Shown: positions 48,361 to 59,209 of the stretch, in pieces
How the letters are laid out: every line of letters starts with the position of its first letter
Position numbering within the stretch: the stretch's first letter is position 1
Assembly: GCF_006345805.1 (NCBI RefSeq)
Contig: NC_043014.1
Location: 50,034,001 to 50,098,000 of the forward strand
Direction: 5' to 3'
DNA from: Octopus sinensis
Taxonomy: Eukaryota
Length of the DNA: 64,000 bases
Program-made: the position numbers and the translations under genes
Notes under the pieces: generated by a model
What the model was told of the DNA's origin: nothing
Seen by the model: only the letters and a program-made list of their open reading frames with translations
Databases searched by the model: none

Positions 48361-48668
48361 GGAGGCGCAATGGCCCAGTGGTTAGGGCAGCGGACTCGCG
48401 GTTGTAGGATCGTGATTTCGATTCCCATACCGGGCGTTGTAAGTGTTTATTGAGCGTAAACACCTAAAGCTCCACGAGGCTCCGGCAGGGGGTCGTGGCA
48501 ATCTCTGCTGTACTCTTTCGCCACAGCTTTCTCTCACTCTTTCTTCTGTTGGCCTGCTCACTTAGCCAGCGAGGTGGCATCATTTGAAGGCTGAAGCAAT
48601 GCAAAGCGCATTGTGACCAGCAATGTGTAGCAACATCTGATAGTCTGGTCGGTTACAGCGACGGTGAT
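48361..48668 (+). mobile_element. tRNA-derived SINE, family D (3' part also at 16733-16845; variant at 19330-19530, -)
   Basis: A box TGGCCCAGTGG, B-box-like GATTTCGATTCCC, shared tail GCGCATTGTGACCAGC...CTGGTCGGT. Confidence 0.75.
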
Positions 48669-48694
48669 ATATATATATATATATATACACACAC

Positions 48695-48897
48695 AGAGAG
48701 CACAGCTGTGGTTGGACAGGCGGGACAGGAGGAGGACAACTGCAGCAACACCCCACAAGTACCCATCGATGTTCGTGTGCAGCAACTGTACCAAGGACTG
48801 CTACTCTAGAATTGGACTGTGCAGTCACAGCAGACGCTGCACATCATCAAAGTAGGCCCCACCCTTGGCGCATCCCATTGTCTATCAAGACAGACGG
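48695..48897 (+). mobile_element. RTE LINE 3' end
   Basis: FVCSNCTKDCYSRIGLCSHSRRC Cys/His motif, stop, then CCATTGTCTATCAAGACAGACGG; similar terminus at ~60955-60990 (-). Confidence 0.8.
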
Positions 48898-48915
48898 GGA
48901 ATAAGAAGAAGATAT

Positions 48916-48948
<33 letters not shown>

Positions 48949-49648
48949 CGGTAATACCTTGGTATATAATTTGTTCCCAGATACAACTTGTAAAACAAAA
49001 ATTTGCAAAGCAGACCAATAATTACCTCTAGTAGCAATGTTATAAAATCATAATTCATTCCCAGAGAAATAGTTTACCTATAAAATTTATAATACTAGTA
49101 AATAAAATAGCAATAAACAAAAGTAGAACATAAAGACCATTTATAATAAAAAATACTATTATAATTGTTTTCTGAATCACTTTCACTCACACTAAACTTG
49201 TGCACACTATCACTTGTAGACGCAATTGCCGATTCACAAGCACTTGTAGACAGACTTGTAGGTTTCTTTTTAAAAAAACAAGTCTAGAGTTATTTCGTTT
49301 TGGGATTTGATTTGCAAGATTCGTTATGTGAGTTCGTGTGTTGAAGCATATTCTGTTGTGTCTGGGGAGAGTCATTTTCTTTTTGTGCCTTATGATTTAA
49401 CACACTCACCGGTAAAATTTCCACTTACTTCTTATTTTTATTTCCCTAAAATTTTCATTGCATCTTGCAACCTTTTCAATAGTCTTAAAATGACTCTCCC
49501 CAGACACAGCAGAAGTCTAGAGTTGTTTGTTTAGAAGAAGTTTTTTTTTTCGCTCTCAATAAATTTCTCAGTAACATGTAGAAGCATTTGTTATGGTAAT
49601 AGACATTTTTGCACTTTGAAGAAGATAACGTGTAAAGTGATGTATTAC

Positions 49649-49690
<42 letters not shown>

Positions 49691-50138
49691 ATTGATACTA
49701 AAACTTCGTAAAATGCAACACCAGGTTTCATATAAATGATCACCAGACAGAACTGAAATTTTAGAACACTACTGTGGTTTTAAAAGGGAGTATTAGTTTA
49801 AAAGGGAATATTAGTTGGTAAATAAACAAATAAACACTGAAAGCTGATTAGACAGGTTAGTTATCATCATCATCATCGTTTAACATCTGCTTTCCATTCT
49901 GGCATGGGTTGGATGGTTTGACTGAAGGCTAGCAAGCCAGAAGGCTGCACCAGGCTACAGTCTAATCTGTCAGTCTTTCTACAGCTGATGCCCTTCCTAA
50001 TGCCAACCACTCCAAGAGCGTGGTGGGTGCTTTTTATGTTCTACCGGCACAAAGGCCAGTCAGGCAGTACTGGTATCGACCACACTCGAATGGTGCTTTT
50101 TACATGCCACCGGCACAGGAGCCAGCGAGGTGGCACTG

Positions 50139-50352
50139 GGGTTGGTTGAAAAGTTCATAGGCTGACCAAGATACTTTCACAGAATGTGACCAAATGAGGT
50201 TTATTTTTAAACATAGTTCTCCTTGCGATTCACACACGTCTACCATTGGCGTTGCACTACTTGGGTCCCATTTGGTGAAGATGCTTTCACCCTGTTAGCC
50301 AAAAAAGTGCTCTTGCATCAGTCGGCCTATGAACTTTTCAACCCAACTCGTA
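50139..50352. mobile_element. Tc1/mariner-derived MITE truncating a family C SINE
   Basis: GGTTGAAAAGTTCATAGGCTGAC / GTCGGCCTATGAACTTTTCAACC. Confidence 0.8.
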
Positions 50353-51150
50353 AAGGAGTTGGTTGGAAAACAAGATTGGTTAGTAATGGAAAACAATATT
50401 AACGTTAATAATGAACAAAATACAATCGAAATAAAGCAAAGAGTTAAGCAGTGGTGTCAGTAAATGGTTATATCTGCAGCTGAGGGGTTCCAGGCAAGAA
50501 ACATCTAATAGAATTTAAGAAGCATGGATGGAGCAAGCTGAAAGGTGAGAGACCATGACAACATATTCTTTTACTCTTTTACTTCTTTCAGTCATGTGAC
50601 TGTGGCCATGCTGGAGGTCCACCTTTAGTCGAGCAAATTGACCCCAGGACTTATTATTTGTAAGCCTAGTACTTATTCTATCGGTGTCTTTTGCTGAACC
50701 GCTAAGTTACGGGGATATAAACACACCAGCATCGGTTGTCAAGCGATGTTGGGGGGAGAAAAACAGACACACAAACACATATATATATATATATAATAAC
50801 AATTTAATAATTAAACATATGCATACATACATACATATATGTACATACCTACATCTATATATATACATATACACGACGGGCTTCTTTCAGCTTCTGTCTA
50901 CCAAATCCACTCACAAGGCTTTGGTCGGCCCGAGGCTATAATGGAAGATACTTGCCCTAGGTGCCACACAGTGGGACTGAACCCGGAACCATGCAGTTTG
51001 TAAGCAAGCTACTTACGAAACAGCCACTCCTACGCCTATATATATATATATACATATACACACGCACACATATATACATTCATATATATTTACATACATA
51101 CACACACACACACACACACTATATATATGTATATATATACACACATATAT

Positions 51151-51398
51151 AGTAGAATAAGAAATAAAAAGCCCATGGGTACAATATCATATATCTTAAA
51201 AAAATGAATAAGAATGGTTTTTCTGATAATTTTTCCGCTTTAGTAATTAGATCCTTTACAAATCATTAGCTGCTTAACACCTAATGATTTATAAATATCT
51301 GATTATTAAAGTGGAAAAATTATCAGAAAAACCATTCCTATTCATGTTTTCACAATATATAATATTGTACACAGGGGCTTTTTATTTCTTATTCTACT
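51151..51398. repeat. Imperfect ~250-bp palindrome
   Basis: AGTAGAATAAGAAATAAAAAGCCC / GGGCTTTTTATTTCTTATTCTACT, with inner GAATGGTTTTTCTGATAATTTTTCC / GGAAAAATTATCAGAAAAACCATTC. Confidence 0.85.
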
Positions 51399-51424
51399 AC
51401 ATATACATATTTACATACACACAC

Positions 51425-51460
<36 letters not shown>

Positions 51461-52560
51461 GCATGTGTGTATACAAATGTTCATTCACACATATATATAA
51501 GAAACAAGTTACATATACAAAAACAAAATCTCTCTATTGTTCTCTTGTCGACAAAATCATTTTTGGCTTTCCACAAGAGAACCACTTCACATAAGGACAG
51601 AAACGAAATTTGCTTAAGGGGGTGCAAAACTGGTTTTTCAGGAATATGTTCAAAGTATTTTCATTGCCCTAGCCACAAAGAAAATAATTTTAGAGGGTAC
51701 GTTTGAACCCCCTGTTCCTGAGCCTATGTCAGTAAAATCATCAAAGCAACCACCGACATGACCACCAATAACAAGGTAACAGATTGGTACACCTCAGATT
51801 CGGAAATCACCATTATCATCATTGTTTAATGTCCATTTTCCATGCTGGCATGGGTTGGACAGTTTGACTGGGGACTGGCAAGCCAGGAGGCGGCACCTGG
51901 CTCCAATCTTGATCTGGCAATGTTTCTACAGTTGGATGCCTTTCCTAACTAACGCCAACCACTCCGAGAGTGTAGTGGATGCTTTTTATGTGCCACCAGC
52001 ACGGGAGCCAGTCAGACAGCACTGGCCACGTCCAGATAGTGCTTTTTACGTGCCACTGGCACAGGAGACATTTGGAGCGGGGTGTTGGCATTGGCCACAT
52101 TCAGATGGTGCTTTTTACATTCTACTGGCACAGGGAACCAGTCAGGTGGCACTGGCAACAACCCATGCATGAATGGTGCTTATTGTGTGCGATCAGCACG
52201 GGAGCCAGTCAGGCAGCACTGGCCACATTCAGATGGTGCATTTTATGTGCCACTAGCACAGGAGACATTTGGGGTGGGGGGTGGGGGGCTGGCATTGGCC
52301 ACATTCAAACAGTGCTTTTTACATGCCACTGCCAGAGGGAACCAGTGAGGTGGCACTGGCAAGAACCCATGCATGAATGGTGCTCATGATGTGCCATCAG
52401 CACGGGAGCCAGTCAGACGGAACTGGTATCAGCCACAACTACAATTTCCATTTTTGATTTTGATTTTGATTTTGGTTTTGATTTTTGATTTTACTTGACT
52501 CAATAGGTCTCCTCAAGCATGGCGTGTCACCCAACAATTCAAAAGCTACTTTTAAATGAG

Positions 52561-52908
52561 TTCTGAGTTCAAATTCCGCCGAGGTCGACTTTGCCTTTCA
52601 TCCTTTCAGGGTCGATAAATTAAGTACCAGTTACGAACTGGGGTCAATGTAATCGACTTAATACCTTTGTCTGTCCTTGTTTGTCCCCTCTATGTTTAGC
52701 TCCTTGTGGGTAATAAAGAAATAGGTATTTGGTCAGTCGCTACGTTCTGAGTTCAAATTCCGCCGAGGTCGACTTTGCCTTTCGTCCTTTCGGGGTCGAT
52801 AAATTAAATACCAGTTATGCACTGAGGTCGATGTAATCGACTTAATACCTTTGTCTGTCCTTGTTTGTCCCCCTCTATGTTTAGCCCCTTGAGGGTAATA
52901 AAGAAATA
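52561..52908 (+). mobile_element. Two tandem family A SINE units
   Basis: Same unit junction (AAAGAAATAGGTA) as 29925-30545. Confidence 0.85.
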
Positions 52909-53573
52909 GGTACTTTTTAAATGAATACACAAACGATAACACAAGTTAGTATTGAACTTAGAAACTAAAATACAAATATAAACAGTTTTACTTACCAACT
53001 GCCTTTAAGACTAAACGTGCATACATACTCACATATACACATAACAAAAGAAAACAAAAACAATAAATGTATAAATAAAACCAACTATTACATATATATA
53101 TCAGTTAAGTTCTTTATTATTATGATTGTTTGTTTTTTTATTTTTTTTAAGAATATTCTTGAGAGATGTACATTGGCAAAAAAAAAGTGTTAAGACAAAA
53201 AAACCTAGATTTACAAAGTGAAAAGTGAAAATATATTAGCAGAGGACTAACGGTTTCCAAACTTGTTAATCAAATGATCTTTGCTTTTTTTTTTTATTAT
53301 TTATTTATATATATATATATATATTTATTAAATTTATTAAATTTCCTCATTAGACAAACAAACATTTGTTAAGACAAGAAATTAACAGACAAAATTTATA
53401 CCAATTAGATATTTATCTATATTTTTTTTTGAAAATTTTTCTTTTTTTCGTTTTTTTTTTGTGTGTTTTTTGTGTCCTTTTTTAAATTTTTTATTGAGAA
53501 CTAGGCAAATAATGGTTTATTTTTTAAATTTTTTTAGTTGAGGCATTGCAGACTGAAATTTTCTGGACAAGCT

Positions 53574-53614
<41 letters not shown>

Positions 53615-54451
53615 TCAGACAGACAGATAGATAGATAGATAGATAGAAAAAGAAATATTCTTAGTCACTCAACACATACATAAACACATGCATACCGACA
53701 TATATACACAAGTTATGAGTTGAATATTTTCTCTCAGGCGTATATAAACATTCAGAAATTATCCAAGTTTCTCAAAGAGATTTTTCTTCTTTTTTTTCTC
53801 CACAAAGATAAACATACATTAAGAGTTTATATCTGCCTATAATTAAAAACTTGCAGAAGAAGAAGATGAAGTAAAGGAAGTTGAGGGGCAGAGGGGGGTC
53901 ACTTTGAAGCCATATTTCTTTTTTGTTTTTTTTTTAATAGTCTTTTCTTACAATATTTTTTTTCCCAATTTACAAACAAAACAATAAAAAAATAAATTAA
54001 AAAGAAGTGAAAAGTTTGAACAATTATATTTTTTATTATGTATATATATATATAATTATAATTAATGATACAGAGAGGAAAACAAAAACAAAAAAAAAAA
54101 ATAATAAAATACCATAGAAGTGACAGCAGAAACAAATTGTGCCAACTTAATGTATTCAATCAGCAAAATTCAGGACATTTATTCAAAAGAATTTATATCA
54201 GGACCACCTTGGAAAGCAATGGCTTACATTAATACACACAGGTTTGTGTACGCATATATACATACATATACACACACACACACAATGAATATTAATATTA
54301 TATAATGTATAAACAAACACAAAATATATATATATACATACATACACAGTAGATACTAAATTCATATCTGTGTGAGAGTGTGAATATGTGTGTATATGTG
54401 TATATATATATATGTATGTATACAAAGAAACATGTATATGATGTACACACA

Positions 54452-54686
54452 CTTATTTCTTTTACTGCCCACAAGGGGCTAAACACAGAGGGGACAAACA
54501 AGGACAGACAAATGGATTAAGTCGATTATATCAACCCCAGTGTGTAACTGGTACTTATTTAATCGACCCCGAAAGGATGAAAGGCAAAGTCGACCTCGGC
54601 GGAATTTGAACTCAGAACGTAAGCGGCAGACGAAATACTGCCAAGCATTTTGCCCGGCGTTCTAACGATTCTGCCAGCCCACCGCC
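54452..54686 (-). mobile_element. tRNA-derived SINE, family A (representative copy)
   Basis: Head TGGCAGAATCGTTAG...GAGTTCAAATTCC, central GCCTTTCATCCTTTCGGGGTCGATTAAATAAGTACCAG (resembles the Meta/MESC domain, from memory), tail ending AAAGAAATAAG. Other copies: 1-80, ~3530-3680, 9700-9905, 14560-14960, 20030-20240, 28390-28560, 34535-34880, 39730-39850, 58672-58885, 59530-59660. Confidence 0.85.
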
Positions 54687-54990
54687 ATATGATGCACACA
54701 CACTTCACACAGAGGCAGACACACATATATATATATATATATAGAGACATGCACATACATGCATGTATGTACATAAAATAGAAAACTCTGTCAGAGAGAG
54801 AGAGAGAGAGAGAGAGCTGCTGAGAATGTTGCCCGCCATGCGTATGGAATAGAAGAGAGAAGACGGATGAAAGAGAGGAAAGAAAGACGCATACACACGC
54901 ACACATATAAAAGTCAACCCGCAACTAGTAGAAAACTAAGTACTAGTTTCTCTTTCTCAACATCTGCAAAGGAATCCATCCGCTGCAGAC

Positions 54991-55004
54991 GTAACTATGG
55001 CAAC
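54991..55004. promoter_or_regulatory. RFX X-box-like motif
   Basis: GTAACTATGGCAAC in unique sequence; close to the consensus GTNRCC-N0-3-RGYAAC. Confidence 0.35.
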
Positions 55005-55142
55005 CCAGTTCTTTATATGTGCTCTATGTCAGTCAGTAAAACAAATAAGATAGGTAGGTAGCTATATGGATATATATACACACGCACACACACACATATA
55101 TATATATACATTAGTACACATACATGTGTGTGTGTGTATGTA

Positions 55143-55180
<38 letters not shown>

Positions 55181-55738
55181 TATGAATGTATATATATGCA
55201 TGTATATATATGCATATATAAATATGTATATGCATAAGTATATGCATATATATATATATGCATATATGTATATGCATATATTGATATATATATGCATATG
55301 CAGATATATATTTATGCATATGTATATATGCATATATATATATGCATATATTGATATATACATATGCATATGTATATATGAATATATGTATATGCATATA
55401 TATGTATATATGCATATACATAGATATATGCATATATATATATGTTATGTATATATGCATATATATATGTATGTATATATATATATATATGTATGTATAT
55501 ATACACACACACATATATATATATACACATACATATACAGATAGATAGATAGACAGCTATAAAAGCAGTTTGGTATAAATATGTATTTAGTATTGAAAGT
55601 ATCCAAAATAACAGAGTTTAGCTGTTAGCTTGAAAATGTTCTTTGCAATTGGGGGGGGGGGAGAAGGAAAAAAACACAAAACAAAGACTGGATCGTCTTG
55701 TGAAATTGTAGCAACAACAGCTCTGAGATGATCCACGT

Positions 55739-55748
55739 TTGACGTCAA
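55739..55748. promoter_or_regulatory. Full palindromic CRE (TTGACGTCAA)
   Basis: TGACGTCA at 55740-55747 in a relatively CpG-rich unique patch. Confidence 0.3.
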
Positions 55749-56372
55749 TCCTATTTGAAACCTTATCTTTTAAGTTCATTGATGGGGGAAAGGGGGAGCG
55801 TCAAGAAACAAGGCGGGAGGAGAGCGCTAAGCAAGAAGCCACAATCTCGTTTATTTAGGCATTGTTGTTAATGAAAGGAGAGTTTTTCCTGCGAGAAGAA
55901 GCTCAGCAAAAATTTTTAAATACTGTTTCATTCGATTGTAGAAATGAAAATTTTAAAACGAGTCACGCAAAAAACACATTATTTATTTAATCATAGATTT
56001 ATTTATTCATGTTCATAGATGAAGCGTTAAAAGACACAAACAAATAATAAAAAAAAATGAAAATAAAAACACAAAAAAAAAAAATCAATGACATGTAGAC
56101 AAACATTTGTGTGAAAAAAAAAAAAAACACAATTCAAATGAAATATAAACGACAACAAAAAAAAAAAAACGAAAAAGATACTAAAATTAAGAAAACAAAC
56201 TTACGTTTTACAAAGATGAGAAATGCTAAAAAGAAAATCTATCAAAGGATGAAAAATGTAAGAAAAAGGAAAAAAAAAAAAATGTTATAAAAATGAATGA
56301 AATGAAAATGCATTAGCCCCACTACCATGTATTAAGATAAAAAGAAAACAACTTGTATATATATGTGAGTGT

Positions 56373-56419
<47 letters not shown>

Positions 56420-56461
56420 ATTGAAAGAAAAATAGATGAGAAAGGAATAAACGATTATCTT

Positions 56462-56525
56462 ATAGGCTCTGATGAAGCAATAAGGTGTTCCCTGCATGAT
56501 GTAGCAGAAACAGCTGTAAGCTTAT
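56462..56525 (+). ncRNA. Type I hammerhead ribozyme candidate
   Basis: AUAGGCU-CUGAUGA-A-GC...GC-A-GAAAC-AGCU-GUA-AGCUUAU: 7-bp stem I, palindromic ACAGCUGU stem III, weak stem II; flanked by a 26-bp inverted repeat (56425-56450 / 56541-56566). Confidence 0.65.
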
Positions 56526-56937
56526 GAATATCATAATTCCTTATTCCTTCGTCATCTATTTTTCTTATTTACTGCTCTGTACTCAACTAATGCTTCGCTC
56601 AGAAGCACACACATCCTGAGTTCTAACGCCAGGTTATTTGTATCACAATGCCTAAGCAGTATATATATATATCTATATATATATATCCTTTAAGTTCATG
56701 TACGGGAAGCGTTTTTGCGTACACACATAAAAGTTCCCATGTTATTATTTTAGCTACAGCCCGATGATTCCAACTTCCAATAGCGGCTTTTGGATATCGA
56801 ACCAAGCTGTGCTGATATAACATATGATAAATATAGTAGTAGTAATAATAATAATAATGAAAATAACCCATGGATGCAATTTATAAATATTTTAATTAAA
56901 ATATTTATCAATTCCATCCATGAATTATTATTATCAT

Positions 56938-56980
<43 letters not shown>

Positions 56981-57299
56981 TGATTCTAGTTTCAGCTCAT
57001 GAGCTGTGGCCATGCTGGGGCACCGCCATATATATACATGCAAGTGCATGTATATAAATGTATGTATATATGTAATTGGTACAGAGCTAGAAATTTCAGA
57101 GAGACGATGGGGAAGAGAAGGAAAAAATTCAATTTTACAGACACCCCCCCCACCCGCTCCTCAACTGGTATTTTTCTTTTATCGCATTCCTTGAGGGACA
57201 AAATGCAAAGTCGACTAACCTTGGCGAAATCTGAACAAACACCATAATAGAGGTGTTTTGTCCTACGCCCCAATCACACTTGCTGGTTCACCGATCCTG

Positions 57300-58140
57300 A
57301 TAGTAATAATAGTGGTTTTAAATTTTGGGGGAGGGGTCATGTTGATCACATTGACAACCCCTCTTCCCCTAGCGCTCAAAGTGTACCTATTTTTATTGAC
57401 CCCCCACCCCTAAAAGAATGGAAGGTAAAGTTGGCCCTAATGGAATTTGAACTCAGAATGTAAAGATTTTGCCTGGTGTGCTAACAATTCCGCCAACTTG
57501 CTGCCTATAATAATAACAATAATAATAACCCTTTCTACTATAGGCACAAGGCCTGGAATTTTAGGGAGGGGTATAGTTGATAACATCGATTCTTATACTC
57601 AACTGGTTCTTATTTTATCAACCCTGAAAGGAAAAAAACAAAGCTGACCCTGGTAGTATTTGAACTCAGAACACGAAGACAGATGAAATACCGCTAAGCA
57701 TTCCACCCAATCTGCTAATGGTTCTGCCATCTTGCTGCCTTTATAATTACGATAATAATAATACTTTCTACGGGAAGCACAAGGCTTCAAATTTGGGGGA
57801 AGGGATTAAGTTGATTACATCGACCCCAGTGCATAACTGGTACTTATTTAATCGACTCTGAAAGGATGAAAGGCAAAGTCAACCTCAGCAGAATTTGAAC
57901 TCAGAATGCTAAGCATTCTGCCTGGCGTGCTAATGATTCTGCCATCTTGCTGCATAATTCTTTATAATTTTCGGGCACAAGGTCAGCAGCTTTAGTAAAG
58001 AGGGGCTAAGTCAATTATACTGATCCCAATATTTGACTGGTATTTATTTTATCGACCCTGAAAGGTTGATAAGCTAAGTTGACCACGGCAGAATTTGAAC
58101 TCAGAACTACTGTTTTAGAAGAAATACCAAGCACTTTGAC
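57300..58140 (-). mobile_element. Cluster of ~4 co-oriented family A short variants separated by (AAT)n
   Basis: Repeated GGCACAAGGC...ATCGACCC...GAAAGGATGAAAGGCAAAGTC...TTTGAACTCAGAA blocks. Confidence 0.75.
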
Positions 58141-58199
58141 GGATGCACTAAAGCTTCTGTCAGTTTACTTCCTGAATACTAATAATAATAATAATGATG

Positions 58200-58476
58200 A
58201 TACGAAGGTTGTGGTCAATGAAGAGAGATGTGATACCAATAGTAATTGGTGCACTTGGAAGTATCAGCACTCAATTATCAACATGGCCGCAGAAGATCCG
58301 GTGCAAGTGTGAAGGTAGAACACCTACAAAAATCAAGCATTGCTTGGAACTGCAAGAATTCTTCGCAGGGTTCTTGAAGCATGACCAGTAAACAAGTGTC
58401 ACCTTAGTCTGCTGGCCGTGGACAGCTGACACTTTCCATCATACCCAGCAATATAAGGTATGAGTTTTAAAACAAT
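58200..58476 (+). mobile_element. R4/Dong-like LINE 3' end inserted after (AAT)n
   Basis: RRLWSMKRDVIPIVIGALGS...LLGTARILRRVLEA-stop. Confidence 0.8.
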
Positions 58477-59092
58477 AATGCTTGAAAAAAAAAGAGTGTT
58501 TCAAATAAGGAAGAGCGGGGGGTGGGGTAGATACAAAAGAGGAAAAAATGTAATTTCCAGAGAACATCCAAAGAATTAAAATGAAAGAATACAATAAAAT
58601 TTAGAATCTGTAACTGGTACAGCTGTACAACAAACTATTCTTAGAACTGAAAGGGATTGTAATAAAACGAATGGTTTCAAATTTTGGCACAAGGCCAGCA
58701 AGTCTGAGGGAGGGGGGGTCAAGTTGATAACATTGACCCCCAGTGCTGAACTGGTCCTTGTTTTATCGACCCCCAAAAGGATGAAGAACAAAGTCAATCT
58801 TGGCAAAATTTGAACCCAGAACATAAAAGAGAGATGAAATACTGCTAAGCATCTTGCCCGGTTTGCTAACAGTTCTGCTTGCAGGCTTGATGAGGAGGAT
58901 GATGATGATGAGGAGGATGATAACAATGATGGATTTCTTTGTTTTTAACCCTCTTCTAACTTTCCAGAGTAGAAGTATGAGTATAACCAATCACATAAGG
59001 CTCCATTATGCTGTCTGGCCTAAAACAAAAAAAAAACAACCTTAATTTGACCAAGGCAGTACTTTTAACCCAAAACAGCAGGATTTGAGCCA

Positions 59093-59209
59093 ATGGACAG
59101 TAAATTTCAGATCTTCTAAAGGGGATGGACAGTGAATTTCAGATCTTCTAACAGGGACAAACAGTAAATTTCAGATCTTCTAACGGGGATGGACAGTAAA
59201 TTTCAGATC
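59093..59209. repeat. 32-bp minisatellite (3.7 units)
   Basis: GGACAGTAAATTTCAGATCTTCTAA at 59095, 59127, 59159, 59191. Confidence 0.88.

Noticed and set aside
48361-48435. tRNA gene
   Set aside because: A and B boxes only; it continues into a SINE body shared with other copies, with no cloverleaf end or T-run terminator.
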